From: Hyalangium minutum
GTDB taxonomy: Bacteria > Myxococcota > Myxococcia > Myxococcales > Myxococcaceae
Assembly: GCF_000737315.1 (NCBI RefSeq)
Contig: NZ_JMCB01000024.1
Location: forward strand, 92,604 to 156,603
Length of the DNA: 64,000 nt
Direction: 5' to 3'
Part shown: positions 1-10,200 of the stretch, one piece after another
How positions within the stretch are numbered: the first letter of the stretch is position 1
Layout: every line of letters begins with the position of its first letter
Position numbers and translations under genes: made by a program
The notes under the pieces: generated by a model
What the model was told of the DNA's origin: nothing
The model's database searches: none
What the model saw: only the letters and a program-made list of their open reading frames with translations

Positions 1-186
1 CCTCGCATGGGCGTGGGGCGAGGCAATCACTTGCCCGGTCAGCAGGCCCTGAGGCGCGGGCAGATCATCGACGTAGAGGGCCTCGCCGCTGGTGTGCTTC
101 AGCCCGCTCTCGTGGAGCGAGGGGGCATGCAGCGGAGTGCGGAGCTCGGACTCCTGGGAAGGACGCTCAGAAGGAATGGCACCCAT
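1..186 (-). CDS. xdhB: Xanthine dehydrogenase molybdopterin-binding subunit, N-terminal part (runs off the window edge)
   Basis: Manual translation from ATG at 186: MGAIPSE...LHESGLKHTSGEALYVDDLPAP...SPHAHAR, matching the XdhB N-terminal motif; starts 3 nt after the xdhA stop. Confidence 0.88.
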   Translation of the reverse strand, partial: MGAIPSERPSQESELRTPLHAPSLHESGLKHTSGEALYVDDLPAPQGLLTGQVIASPHAHAR

Positions 187-189
187 CAC

Positions 190-1641
190 TCACCTCACCT
201 GAACCGTGGCAGCGTGGCGCTCCTGGAGCCGGGGCGACGGATCCGTGAGCGTCTCCTCGAAGAACCCTCGGAGGAGATTCTTCGCAACCTGAGCCCGGTA
301 CCACGCCGAGCCGCGATGATCCTTCAGCGGAGTAAAGTCCTCCTCGAGCCGGGGCAGCGCCGCCTCCACGCTCGCCTCCGTCCAGGGCTTCCCGACGAGC
401 GCCTCCTCGGTCTTCCGCGCACGTGCCGGCCGGGCGGCCATGCCTCCGTAGGCCAGCCGCGCCTCCGTCACCTGCCCCGCCACGTCCACCACCACCCGGA
501 AGCCTGCGGACACGGAGCTGATGTCCAGCTCACGCCGCTTCGACACCTTGTACGCAATGCTCCTCGCCCCCGAGGGCTGCGCGGGCAGATCCACGAAGCC
601 GAGGATTTCTCCCCGCTGCAACGCGGTGCGGCGGTAGCTCACGAAGAACTCGTCCAGGGGCATGCGCCGCTCACCCGCGCGCGAGAGCAGCACCGCCTGC
701 GCCCCCAGGGCGATCAACACCGGCGCCAGGTCCCCAATGGGAGACGCCGTGCACAGGTTGCCCCCCACCGTCGCGCGGTTCTTGATCTGCCGCGCACCGA
801 AGTAGCGGATCATCCGCTCCAGCGGCGGGAGCTTGCCGCATGAGTAGTCCTCCAGCTCCGTGAGCCACACCCCCGAGCCGATGCGGTGCCCGCCCGAGCG
901 CGGCTCCAGCGTGCGCAGCTCGCGCAGTGCCTCCAGGGACACCAGCAGCGGCGGCTCCGCGAAGCGCTTGGTCACCTCGAGCGACAGGTCCGTGCCGCCC
1001 ACCACGAAGCGGGCATCCGGGTTCGCATCGAGCACGTCCCACAGTGCCGAAAGAGTGGCCGGGGTGAAGAAGCGCTGCGGCCCGGCCTCGTAGCTCAGCT
1101 CCATGGGCTCGGGCTTCGTCTCCGCCAGGGCCCGGGCGAAGCGATCCGAAGGCGCCCTACCCGCGACTTCCTGGGTGGCCTCACGAATGGGCCGGTAGCC
1201 CGTGCAGCGGCAGAGGTTACCGCACATCTGCGCGTCCAGCTTCCAGGCCTCGTCGAGGTCCTTGCGGTGGCAGGCCTCCAGGAGCGCCATGGTCACTCCG
1301 GGTGTGCAGTAGCCACACTGGGAGCCCAACGAGCGGGCCAGCGACTCCTGCACCAGGTGATAGCGCCCGCTCTCCTTGAGCGACTCCACGGTGTAGACGC
1401 GCTTGCCCTGGACCATGGGCAGCAGCAGCAGACACGAGTTGATGGCCCTGAGCACCTGGCCGCCCTTGCCATCGTGCTCCAGCACGGCCACCGTGCAGGC
1501 GCCGCAGTCGCCCTCGGCACAGCCTTCCTTGGTGCCAGTCAGGTGGGCGCGGTCTCGCAGGTACCGCAGCACCGTGGTGGTGGGAGAGAGCCCCGACTCC
1601 TCCACGAGCCGATCGTTGAGATAGAAGCGCAGCCGATCCAT
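190..1641 (-). CDS. xdhA: Xanthine dehydrogenase small subunit (2Fe-2S and FAD domains)
   Basis: GTKEGCAEGDCGACTV, SQCGYCTPG and GNLCRCTGY Fe-S motifs; QIKNRATVGGN FAD motif; KVSKRRELDIS. Confidence 0.95.
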   Translation of the reverse strand: MDRLRFYLNDRLVEESGLSPTTTVLRYLRDRAHLTGTKEGCAEGDCGACTVAVLEHDGKGGQVLRAINSCLLLLPMVQGKRVYTVESLKESGRYHLVQESLARSLGSQCGYCTPGVTMALLEACHRKDLDEAWKLDAQMCGNLCRCTGYRPIREATQEVAGRAPSDRFARALAETKPEPMELSYEAGPQRFFTPATLSALWDVLDANPDARFVVGGTDLSLEVTKRFAEPPLLVSLEALRELRTLEPRSGGHRIGSGVWLTELEDYSCGKLPPLERMIRYFGARQIKNRATVGGNLCTASPIGDLAPVLIALGAQAVLLSRAGERRMPLDEFFVSYRRTALQRGEILGFVDLPAQPSGARSIAYKVSKRRELDISSVSAGFRVVVDVAGQVTEARLAYGGMAARPARARKTEEALVGKPWTEASVEAALPRLEEDFTPLKDHRGSAWYRAQVAKNLLRGFFEETLTDPSPRLQERHAATVQVR

Positions 1642-1703
1642 GTGTCTCCTGGCCGTCCCGAGCGGGAGGCACGTCGCAGTCTACTCCGGCTGGCGCCGCG
1701 CAC

Positions 1704-2120
1704 TCATCCCCGGTTGAAGTAGACCGACGCCAGGCTGATAAGGAAGTAAGGAGCGAGACCCGCCGCGCCCGCGTAGTCCTTGGCCACGCGCTGGCCGAAG
1801 AGCAGCGACAGCAGAGTCACCCCCGACACTATTCCCCCGGCGCACGCCAGCTTTGGGCTGCCGGTGGCCACCAGGGCGATGACGCCCGCGGCGCTGAGAA
1901 ACCCCGCCGCCACCTCCAGCAGTGTCAGGGTGAACAGCAGGAACGCCGGCTGGCTCTTCATCACCGGCACCTTGGAGAAGACCGACGTCACGTAGCCGAG
2001 GTTGCCCTTCCAATCGAAGACCTTGTCCAGGCCGGATTGAACGAAGGTGATGGCCAGGAAGGCAGCGGGCAGGACCTGCAGCATCCACAGGGGGAACTGA
2101 GGCGAGTCGAGCGGCGGCAT
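1704..2120 (-). CDS. DoxX family membrane protein
   Basis: 138 aa, about 4 hydrophobic helices, FLAITFVQSGLDKVFDW motif. Confidence 0.75.
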   Translation of the reverse strand: MPPLDSPQFPLWMLQVLPAAFLAITFVQSGLDKVFDWKGNLGYVTSVFSKVPVMKSQPAFLLFTLTLLEVAAGFLSAAGVIALVATGSPKLACAGGIVSGVTLLSLLFGQRVAKDYAGAAGLAPYFLISLASVYFNRG

Positions 2121-2237
2121 GGCCCCACTCTACCCGGCTCGCGCCCGTTCCCAAGGCCCGTCTCACCGTGAGGCAGTCAGCGTTTCTCCGGTTTTTTTCT
2201 TTTCCCCTCGGGGCCACCGGCTCTTAAGTCGGGGACT

Positions 2238-3329
2238 ATGGCTTCGGACCTGGTTGCCCGGCGCGTCTTCGTCGGACTCATCGTCGCTTCGATCTTGCTG
2301 CTGGCGCTCGTCGTCCAGCCCTTCGCCAAGGGCTTCTTCCTGGCGGCGGTGCTCGCCGGAGCGCTCTATGGCGCCCACAAGAAGCTGACCCGGCTGCTGC
2401 GCAACCGGCCCCAGCTGTCCGCGGGGCTGCTGTGCTTCGCCGTCGTCGTGGCGCTGCTGCTGCCCCTCACGGGCTTCACGGCCTTCGTCGTCACGGAGGC
2501 GGCGGACGGCGTGAAGTACGTCCGGGAGACGCTGAAGGCCGAGGGGGTCGAGGGCCTCAAGGATCGCCTCCCAGGTCCCCTGCGCAGCCTCGCCGAAAAG
2601 GCCCTGGAGCGCTTCCAGGTCGAGGAGATGCAGTTGGACGAGAAGCTCCAGGAGCAGGTGAGCACCTCGGGAGGAACGGCCGCCAAGGCCGTCACGGGCG
2701 CGGTGGCTGCCACCGGCTCGTTCGCCTTCCAGACGGTGATGATGTTGATCGCCTTCTTCTTCTTCTTGGTCGACGGCAAGGCGCTGGTGGAGTGGCTCGA
2801 GAGCGTCTCGCCCCTCAAGCGCGGGCAGACGGCGGAGATCCTCCGTGAGTTCCGCCTCGTGGCCACCTCCGTGCTGGTGTCCTCGGTGGCCACCGCGGGC
2901 GTGCAGGCCGTGGCCGCGCTGGTGGGCTACCTCATCGCCCGGGTGCCCGTGCCCTTCTTCTTCGCCGCGGTGACGTTCTTCCTGGCGCTCATCCCCGCCA
3001 TCGGCGCGGCGGTGGTGTGCCTTGCGGCGGCCGGGCTGCTGCTCGTCACCGGGCACCAGTGGATGGCGCTCTTCCTGGCCATCTGGGGCGTGGTGGTGGT
3101 GGGCCTGGCAGACAACGTGGTGAAGCCCCTGCTGGTGAAGCGAGGCCTGGATATGCACGGCGCCATCGTCTTCTTCGCGCTGCTGGGAGGGCTCGCCACG
3201 TTCGGGACGGTGGGCCTGCTGCTGGGCCCGCTCATCGTCGCCTTCTTCCTGGCGTTGGTGCGCATCTACGAGCGCGACTACGGTCGGCCTTCTTCTCGGC
3301 CCACGGATCCGGCCACCCCGCCCACCTGA
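2238..3329 (+). CDS. AI-2E (PerM) family transporter
   Basis: Multi-TM protein with IAFFFFLVDG, ALIPAIG, DNVVKP and GLLLGP motifs. Confidence 0.9.
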   Translation: MASDLVARRVFVGLIVASILLLALVVQPFAKGFFLAAVLAGALYGAHKKLTRLLRNRPQLSAGLLCFAVVVALLLPLTGFTAFVVTEAADGVKYVRETLKAEGVEGLKDRLPGPLRSLAEKALERFQVEEMQLDEKLQEQVSTSGGTAAKAVTGAVAATGSFAFQTVMMLIAFFFFLVDGKALVEWLESVSPLKRGQTAEILREFRLVATSVLVSSVATAGVQAVAALVGYLIARVPVPFFFAAVTFFLALIPAIGAAVVCLAAAGLLLVTGHQWMALFLAIWGVVVVGLADNVVKPLLVKRGLDMHGAIVFFALLGGLATFGTVGLLLGPLIVAFFLALVRIYERDYGRPSSRPTDPATPPT

Positions 3330-3353
3330 GGCGGGCCGTGGGCCGTGGGCTGC

Positions 3354-3566
3354 CTACCAGGAGGCGAGCCCCTCTTCCCACATGCTGTCGTCGTAGTCGT
3401 CCACCACCACGGGCCGGGGCTGCGAGACGGGGCGCACGCCCTGGGGCCGCATGGGCGGCTCGCTCGGGGACGGAAGCTCGGGGAGCGGCGGCACCAACGC
3501 CAGCGGCGGAGCGGCCACGGGGCGCCTCGCCTCCACAGTGATATCCCGCTCAGTCATGGCCAACAT
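3354..3566 (-). CDS. Small Pro-rich hypothetical protein (70 aa) with acidic/aromatic C-terminus
   Basis: MLAMTERD...VVVDDYDDSMWEEGLASW; purine-rich upstream region; candidate sigma-54 promoter 45 nt upstream. Confidence 0.6.
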   Translation of the reverse strand: MLAMTERDITVEARRPVAAPPLALVPPLPELPSPSEPPMRPQGVRPVSQPRPVVVDDYDDSMWEEGLASW

Positions 3567-3611
3567 GGTCCCCCCTCTGTGGGTCCGAGTTGTGAATTCA
3601 AGGTCAGCATC

Positions 3612-3627
3612 AGCAATCGCCATGCCG
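3612..3627 (-). promoter_or_regulatory. Candidate sigma-54 (-24/-12) promoter
   Basis: Minus strand CGGCATGGCGATTGCT: GG-N10-GC with TTGCT. Confidence 0.5.
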
Positions 3628-3870
3628 CCTCTGCAACGCCCTGCGAGCCACACCGGGTGAGCCCGCCCCTGCCCTCGTCCGCGCCTTCTACGCACGAAGG
3701 CCCCAGGAAGTTTTCTTCCGTCGTATGAGGCGTGGACGTCTGACGGAAATCCGTGGCACGCGAGCCACGGGTGTCCGCGTCCCCGTCCTTCTCTGGAAAC
3801 ACCGCCGCCGGGAAAAAGTGTCACCCGAGGAGGAAAGCGCGTTGCTCCTGGGTACCCTTAACGCAGGGCG

Positions 3871-6045
3871 TCAGCGTCCCGTGCCCTTCGCCCCACGCTT
3901 CGAGCCGGGCTTCGTGGCGGCATCCTTGGCGGGCGTGTCACCGCGGGCGGGCGCGCCAATGGACTTGTAGACCTCCTTCAAGGCGTCCGGGGAGCTGGCA
4001 AGGCGCACCGCAGCCTTGGTGGCCTCTTCGGGCGACAGCTTGCCGAGCACGCTGCGCTCCAAGTGCTGCTCCAGGAAGCCCTGCGTGGTGTCCACCTTGA
4101 GGTCCGTCACCTGGCCCTTGTCGTCCACCACGGGGATGAGCCGGGGCGCGGCGATGAAGAGCACCGCGGGCACGTCCGCGGCCTTCACGCGCTGGACCAC
4201 CTCGTCTCGCAGCTTGGGATCGAACTTGATGCCCTTCTGCGTCACCAGGGTGCGGATGCCCTCGTAGTCACCGGTAGCCTTGATGACCATGAGCCGGGAG
4301 AGCAGCTCGCCCACGGCCTGGCGCATCTTCGCGTAGTCGGTCACCACCCAGTACGTGTGGCCCTTCTCCACTTCCTGCTTCACCGCGCCCTTCTCCACCA
4401 GGAAGTTCACGGTCATGTGGTGGCCGCGCTGGTGGTCCTCCTCGAAGGAGTCCCCCTTGTCCACGCGGGCCAGGTTGGTGAGCCCCTCCACGAGGAAGTC
4501 GCGGTACATCTGCTGGGCGATCTTCTCGGCGTCCGGGGACAGCTCGGTGAGCGCCGGATCAAAGGCGTGCCAGAGCGCCACGAGGTCCGCGCGGGCCTCC
4601 TCCAGCGTGTTGTCGTACTCCTTGAGGAGCGCCGAGGGCAGCTGCTTGCCCAGCTTCTTCTTGTCCACCTGTCCAGAGGCGTGCCCGAGCACCTCGTGGA
4701 AGGCCACCAGCCACTTGCGCGCGGTGACGGAGTACTTCTGGGCCTGGGCGCGATCCTCGGACGTGCGGGAGAACTCGACGGCCAGCGGCAGCCGCCGCAG
4801 CGCCGAGGCCGCATCCATCACATTGGCCACGAGGATGCTCTTGCTGCCGTACTTCTCGCGGAGGTTCTGCTCGTTGGGCAGGTTGATGCCGGCAGGGGGC
4901 TGTGGGTGGGTGGCCACGAAGTCCACGGCCTTGGCCACCGGGAGCGTCACCTTCTTGCGCTTGTAGGTATCCGGCCAGGGCATCCGGTCCTCGAAGTACT
5001 GGGCCTTCTTGCCGATGAGCTCCATGATCTGGTTCTCCTCGGCGTTGCGGTAGTTGATGAGGGCCTCCCACTGGCCCTTCTGCCCGCGCGGATCCACGTA
5101 CGTCTCGATGAAGCCGATGTTGCCGTCCACCACCGTGTCCGCCTTCAGCCAGGCGATGTTGTAGGCCTCCCAGTCCTTGGGGTTGCCCGTCTGGAAGTAA
5201 CGGATGAGCTTGGCCAGCACCGGCTTCTGCTTGGCGCTGGCGGACTTCATGGCCTCGGTGAGGCTGGCGTTCACGCGCGACAGCTCCGGCGCGTAGAGGC
5301 CGGGAGCAATCTTGTTGTCTCCGGCGCGGAAGATCTGCTCCACCAGCTTCCCGTTCTCCTTCACCACGCGCGAGTTGAGCGGGTTCTTCTCCTGGAACTT
5401 CTCCACCTCGGCCAGCGTCACGCCGGGCCCGTACGAGGTGCTCGCCGAGGCCGTGAGCATGTCCTGCCCGGCCGGGGGCGACTTGGAGATGAGGGTGGGC
5501 TCGAAGGAGGCATCGAAGAGGGTCGGCTGCACCTCCTTGAGCCAGGTACGCAGGGCGTACTCGTCCTTCATGCCCACGGGCGCACCGGCACGGAAGGCGC
5601 GCACGGCAGCAGCCTCCAGCTCGCCCGCGGTGAACTCCGGGACGAACTTGTGCCCGGTCACCTGGTCATGGTTGCCCGTCTCCGCATAGAAGCGCGTGAG
5701 GTAGTTCTTGAACTTCTTGTCGAAGAGGCCCGGGCCGCCCGCACCCTCCAGGCCATAGAGGTAGACGCACTCGAGCAGCCGCTTGATGCCCACGAGCTTC
5801 CAGCCGAGCTGGTCATAGCCAATGTCCTCGCCCGCATGGGCCGCCAGGGTCATGTACCAGGCGACGCGCTTGTCCTCGGGGGAGAGTCCAGCCACACCCG
5901 GCGCGAAGATCTGCGCATAGGCCTGGTTGCCAATGCGCTCCTTGAGGAACGTCTTCGCGGTGGCCGGGGCGCTCTTGTTCGCGGACTCGGCTGGCTGTGC
6001 CTGGGGGGCGGCGGCCAGCGCGGCGGACAGGAGGAGGGCGATCAT
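3871..6045 (-). CDS. Secreted peptidase family M49 (dipeptidyl peptidase III-like)
   Basis: Signal peptide; HEVLGH hexapeptide (HEXXGH); LEEARAD motif; GFIETYVDPRG. Confidence 0.85.
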   Translation of the reverse strand: MIALLLSAALAAAPQAQPAESANKSAPATAKTFLKERIGNQAYAQIFAPGVAGLSPEDKRVAWYMTLAAHAGEDIGYDQLGWKLVGIKRLLECVYLYGLEGAGGPGLFDKKFKNYLTRFYAETGNHDQVTGHKFVPEFTAGELEAAAVRAFRAGAPVGMKDEYALRTWLKEVQPTLFDASFEPTLISKSPPAGQDMLTASASTSYGPGVTLAEVEKFQEKNPLNSRVVKENGKLVEQIFRAGDNKIAPGLYAPELSRVNASLTEAMKSASAKQKPVLAKLIRYFQTGNPKDWEAYNIAWLKADTVVDGNIGFIETYVDPRGQKGQWEALINYRNAEENQIMELIGKKAQYFEDRMPWPDTYKRKKVTLPVAKAVDFVATHPQPPAGINLPNEQNLREKYGSKSILVANVMDAASALRRLPLAVEFSRTSEDRAQAQKYSVTARKWLVAFHEVLGHASGQVDKKKLGKQLPSALLKEYDNTLEEARADLVALWHAFDPALTELSPDAEKIAQQMYRDFLVEGLTNLARVDKGDSFEEDHQRGHHMTVNFLVEKGAVKQEVEKGHTYWVVTDYAKMRQAVGELLSRLMVIKATGDYEGIRTLVTQKGIKFDPKLRDEVVQRVKAADVPAVLFIAAPRLIPVVDDKGQVTDLKVDTTQGFLEQHLERSVLGKLSPEEATKAAVRLASSPDALKEVYKSIGAPARGDTPAKDAATKPGSKRGAKGTGR

Positions 6046-6126
6046 GCAGGCTCCCAGGGAGGAACGGGGGCCTTGCAGTTAGCACCCGTTCCCGCCGGGT
6101 TCCAGTTTGACGCCCGGGCCGCCGGT

Positions 6127-6654
6127 CTACCGGGAAATGGAAATGTAGGGATCCCAGGTGAAGTAACCCCAGGCCTTGCCCTCTGAGTCCGAGAGCATGA
6201 ACTGGATCTGATAGGTGACATTGCCTGGCTGCTGGGCGGTCGTCTGGAAGAAGAAGTCCTTGTAAGGCTGCGTGCCCACCGAGCCGATGCTCCCGCCGTT
6301 GAGCTGGGGCGTGGGGATCTTGATCGAGGTCTCGAAGGGCTGCGGAGAGGTGATCAGGCCGGCCCCCGCGGAGACCGTCATCCCGTAGGCCAGCGTGCTG
6401 TAGCCCGTGTTCATGGTCAACGAAGCGGTCCTCCAGCGAAGGATGTCGTTCGTCTTCACATCGACCTTCAGCTCGTAATACGCCTCCGCGCCACTGACCA
6501 CGGAGCGCTTCACGAGCATGTAGATGTACTCACCGGCGTTGTTCCCCAAGCCGGCGGGCCGGTCCTTCGAGCCCCGGTTGTTGCTGAAGTCCTCCACGAT
6601 GCTCTTCGCATCGATGACAGTGAGGATGTCGACGAATGGATCAGTGCTGGACAT
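6127..6654 (-). CDS. AidA/PixA inclusion-body family protein (paralogue 2)
   Basis: 175 aa; N-terminal VDILTVIDA, DILRWR, C-terminal YQIQF...GYFTWDPYISI pattern. Confidence 0.8.
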   Translation of the reverse strand: MSSTDPFVDILTVIDAKSIVEDFSNNRGSKDRPAGLGNNAGEYIYMLVKRSVVSGAEAYYELKVDVKTNDILRWRTASLTMNTGYSTLAYGMTVSAGAGLITSPQPFETSIKIPTPQLNGGSIGSVGTQPYKDFFFQTTAQQPGNVTYQIQFMLSDSEGKAWGYFTWDPYISISR

Positions 6655-6687
6655 GGTCGTGCCTTTCCTGAATTGAGGGCGAATGGC

Positions 6688-7215
6688 TCAAGAGATGATC
6701 AAGGAGGGATCCCACTTGAAGTACCCCAGGGGCGTGCCGCTGTTGTCCGTGATGACGAAAGAGAACGTGTAGCTAACCGATCCGGCGCCCTCCCCCACGG
6801 ACTGGAAGTAGAAGTCCTGGAAGTTCTGCGCCGTCGTCCCTGTCACCGTGTTTCCACTCAGCGTGGGGACCTGAACCGTCACCGAGGGCGTGATGGGGGT
6901 CGGCTGCGAGATCAGGTTCTGTCCCTGGGCGATGTCACAGGCGTAGAGCATGACGCTGTATTGGGTGTTCAGCGTCAGGGATGTCCCCCTCCAGCGGATG
7001 ACGTTGTTGGGGTGAACGGAGACGTTCAGGTTCGAGGAAGCATCTCCTTTGACCACCTCGTCGTACTTGACGAACATGTAGACCAGGTTGGAGTTCTTCC
7101 CGATGGATGTCGGCTTCTGCATCGTGGGCGGCGGCTGGACGGAGCCGAACTGCGCCATGACGCTCTCCGCATCGATGACGACGAGAATGTCGATGAGTTG
7201 CTCTGTATCGGCCAT
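6688..7215 (-). CDS. AidA/PixA inclusion-body family protein (paralogue 1)
   Basis: 175 aa; IDILVVIDA, NVIRWRG, YTFSF...GYFKWDPSLII; clearly homologous to its neighbour. Confidence 0.8.
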   Translation of the reverse strand: MADTEQLIDILVVIDAESVMAQFGSVQPPPTMQKPTSIGKNSNLVYMFVKYDEVVKGDASSNLNVSVHPNNVIRWRGTSLTLNTQYSVMLYACDIAQGQNLISQPTPITPSVTVQVPTLSGNTVTGTTAQNFQDFYFQSVGEGAGSVSYTFSFVITDNSGTPLGYFKWDPSLIIS

Positions 7216-7261
7216 GTGTCTTCTCCAGGGTGTACGAAGGGTTTAAAGGGAGCCGCCAGAC

Positions 7262-10200
7262 TCAAGGGGCCTGCTGGGTCTTCTCGCCCAGCACCAGGGT
7301 CCAGCTGTTCATGAAGTCGATCGGCTTGCTCTGCTGTACCGGGGTGTACTGCAGCCCACCCTGCGTATTCAGGCGGCTGGTCATGTAGAGCAGCCGGGAC
7401 ATCGCCGGCCCCGGGGTGGTGGGGTTGCCCTTGGAGTCCTTCAGGGCCTCCTTGAAGCGAGCGTTCAGATAGAAGGGCGGGATGGTCTGGTAGTTCAACC
7501 GGGCACGGACCGACTGCCAGCCGCTCACCTGGGACAGGGGAATCTGGTAGACGATCGAGTCGGCACCGGGCGCGGACGCCGCGCTGTAGTCGGGATCACT
7601 CGAGACGCTCGTGTCATTGCTGCCCAGGATGGTGCTCTTGGGCTCGGTGAGCAGGGCCAGCTGCTGGAGATTCAGCCCGAGCGCCTGCTCGTTCGCGGAG
7701 CGGCTCGCTGGCGGCACCCACCCCTTGGGCAGGATGCGGTTGTCCTTGACGTCCGTGAACTGCTGCAGCTCGGTGGACGTCAGCTGGTTGTAGTCGTCCA
7801 GCACCCGCACCTCGTAGATCTGCGCCTGGGTCTGGTCGGTGATCTTCTGGTAGTGGGGCTGGAGCTTCCGGTAGTCCGACGTGAATTCGCTCGGCAGGAC
7901 GTTCTTGCCATCGGGCTGGCAGACGCCCTGGCAGATGGCGCCCCAGGTGTTGGGCTGGCCGGAGGCCCAGAGGACGTTGCCGGCCGCGTCGAGCACCTCG
8001 AACTGGATGAAGGCCCGCCGGAAGCCCGCGCCGCTGGGGAACTTGTGACCCACATTGCTCCTGAGGGTCACGGTGGCGTTCAGGTTCGAGCCACTCACAG
8101 TGGGCGTGCCCACGAGCACCTGCACTGCGGGCGCCCGCGGGTTGAACTCGCCCTGCGAGGTGTTGGTGGCCAGGTCGAGAATGGACTGCTCGGCGTTCAG
8201 CAGGTTCTGGGCGAGGGTGTACTGCCGCCGCGCGTCCTCCAGCGGCGAGAAGGAGCCCACCGGCAGCTCCAGGGCGAGAAACAGGTCATCCACCAAGCTG
8301 CCATTCAGCAGCGTGAGCGTCAGCTTGCGAGTCCCCGGCGCGAGGGCCAGCGAGCCCTCCAGCGGGGCCCACTTCCCCGGGGTGGTGCTGGCAAGCCGGG
8401 CGGGGCTGCCTCCGGTGTCCTGCGAGAGGACGAGGGCCTGACACGCGCCGCTGGCGAGGCAGTACGAAGCGCCGCCCCAGGTCACCTTCACGGTGCCCGC
8501 CCCCTGGTCGATGGTGTCCGCGTACTGGGACACGTCGAAGCTCAAGGTCACGTCGCCCCCGCCCTGCCCTCCTCCAATGCTGAAGAAGTACTGCCCGTGG
8601 TTGGGCTGCACCACCGTGCTGCCGCTACCCGGCGCGCTCTTCACGGCCTGGATCTGGCTGCCGGCGGCCATCCAGCCATTGGCGTTGCCAGCCTCCGCGC
8701 CCGGGTTGGCGACGAGGTTGCCCGTCCGGTTCAGGATGGAGGGATCCTGGAGGTACGGAGGGATGGCCGAGTTGTTCTTCAGGTAGTACTCGATGCCCAG
8801 CACGTCCGGGAACTGCTGGAACATCTCGTGGACGAAGAGGTTGACGCCCAGCAGCGTGTGGCGGTTGTACTCGCGCGGTGTCAGGTCCGTGCTGGAGCCG
8901 TAGAACTTCGTCAGATCGCTGTTCACCTGCGCCACGTTCGAGTCGCCGGGCTCGTTGTTCACTGGGCTCGCCAGCTGCATGTGACACGTGAGGCACGAGG
9001 CCGTCTGCGTGGCGAAGCTGCTGTTGAGCCACTCGAAGTAGGTCGTCTGCTCATAGGCCAGCCCGACGCAGGGGTCCGTGAGGAAGTTCCCGGTGAAGTT
9101 CTTCTGGGTGGGAGGGCAGCTCGCGGGCTTGACGTAGCCGCCCCGGGCCGCCGCCTGCTGGATGGTGAGCTTGTTGCTGTACTGGTCGGGCACCTTGGGC
9201 AGCACCACCACGTGGCACGAGCCGCAGACGGTCGCATCCCGCAGGTAGTTGTGGTCCGGAGCATTGGCGGTGCTGGCCGTCTCCAGGCTCAGGCCCGCAG
9301 CGGCCATGGGCGCGCCATTGAGCCCGGAGTCGGGCCCCACGACGGTGCCCGGCCGGGTGTTCATCGAGGCCGAGAACGGGAACGGGGGCGGCTGGGTCTT
9401 CTCGCCCTGATCCCTCAGGCGGTCGGAGACGCCGCTGCCGTACACGCTCTGGGTGTCGCTGCCGTAAAAGACGGTGTAGTCCTTGCCATCCCAGGGCAGG
9501 CCGCCCTCGGGCGAGGTGGCGTGGCAGCTGGAGCACGAGACACCATCCCGGCCCAGCGCGCCGTACACCGAGTAGTCCGGCTGCGCGTACTTCTCCTTGG
9601 GGAACGGGTTGTTGTAGCCGGAGTCGGACGGCGTCGAGTACAGCATGTAGTGGCTGAAGAGGAGGTTGTTCTTCTCGGCCTGGCGCTGGCCCAGCGGTGA
9701 GTGGCAGCGCAGGCAGAGGTTGTCGACCTGCTCGGGCTGGTTGGGGGACAGGCCGCGGGTGTTCTCCACCTGCGCCAGGAAGACGGGATCGCGCGCGGCC
9801 AGAGCCTTGATGGACGCGCTCCAGTCCCCAAAGAGCGACCAGTTGGACACCAGGGAGTTGGGCGGCTGCGTCTGGAACGAGGTCGAGACCGAGGGCTGCT
9901 GCCAGAACGCCATGTTGCCCAGGTTCGTCCCCTGGGCCTTCCAATCACTGTCGTGGCAGGACTGGCACACCAGGGAGGAGTTGAAGTCGCCGGACGATAC
10001 ATTCAACCCGTTGTGCGCGATGTCCAGGTAGCGGTTGGGCAGCGGCGCCAGGGAGTCGCGCGTCAGGTTCGGGAAGGTGACATTGCCCACCTGGGAGTAG
10101 AAGTTCACGAACTGCTGCACCTGCGGGTCGCTGTCCGCCAGGGACAGCGTCAGCGTGTTGCCGTGGGGGAACACGGGATAGGGCGGCGACAGGTAGCCGT

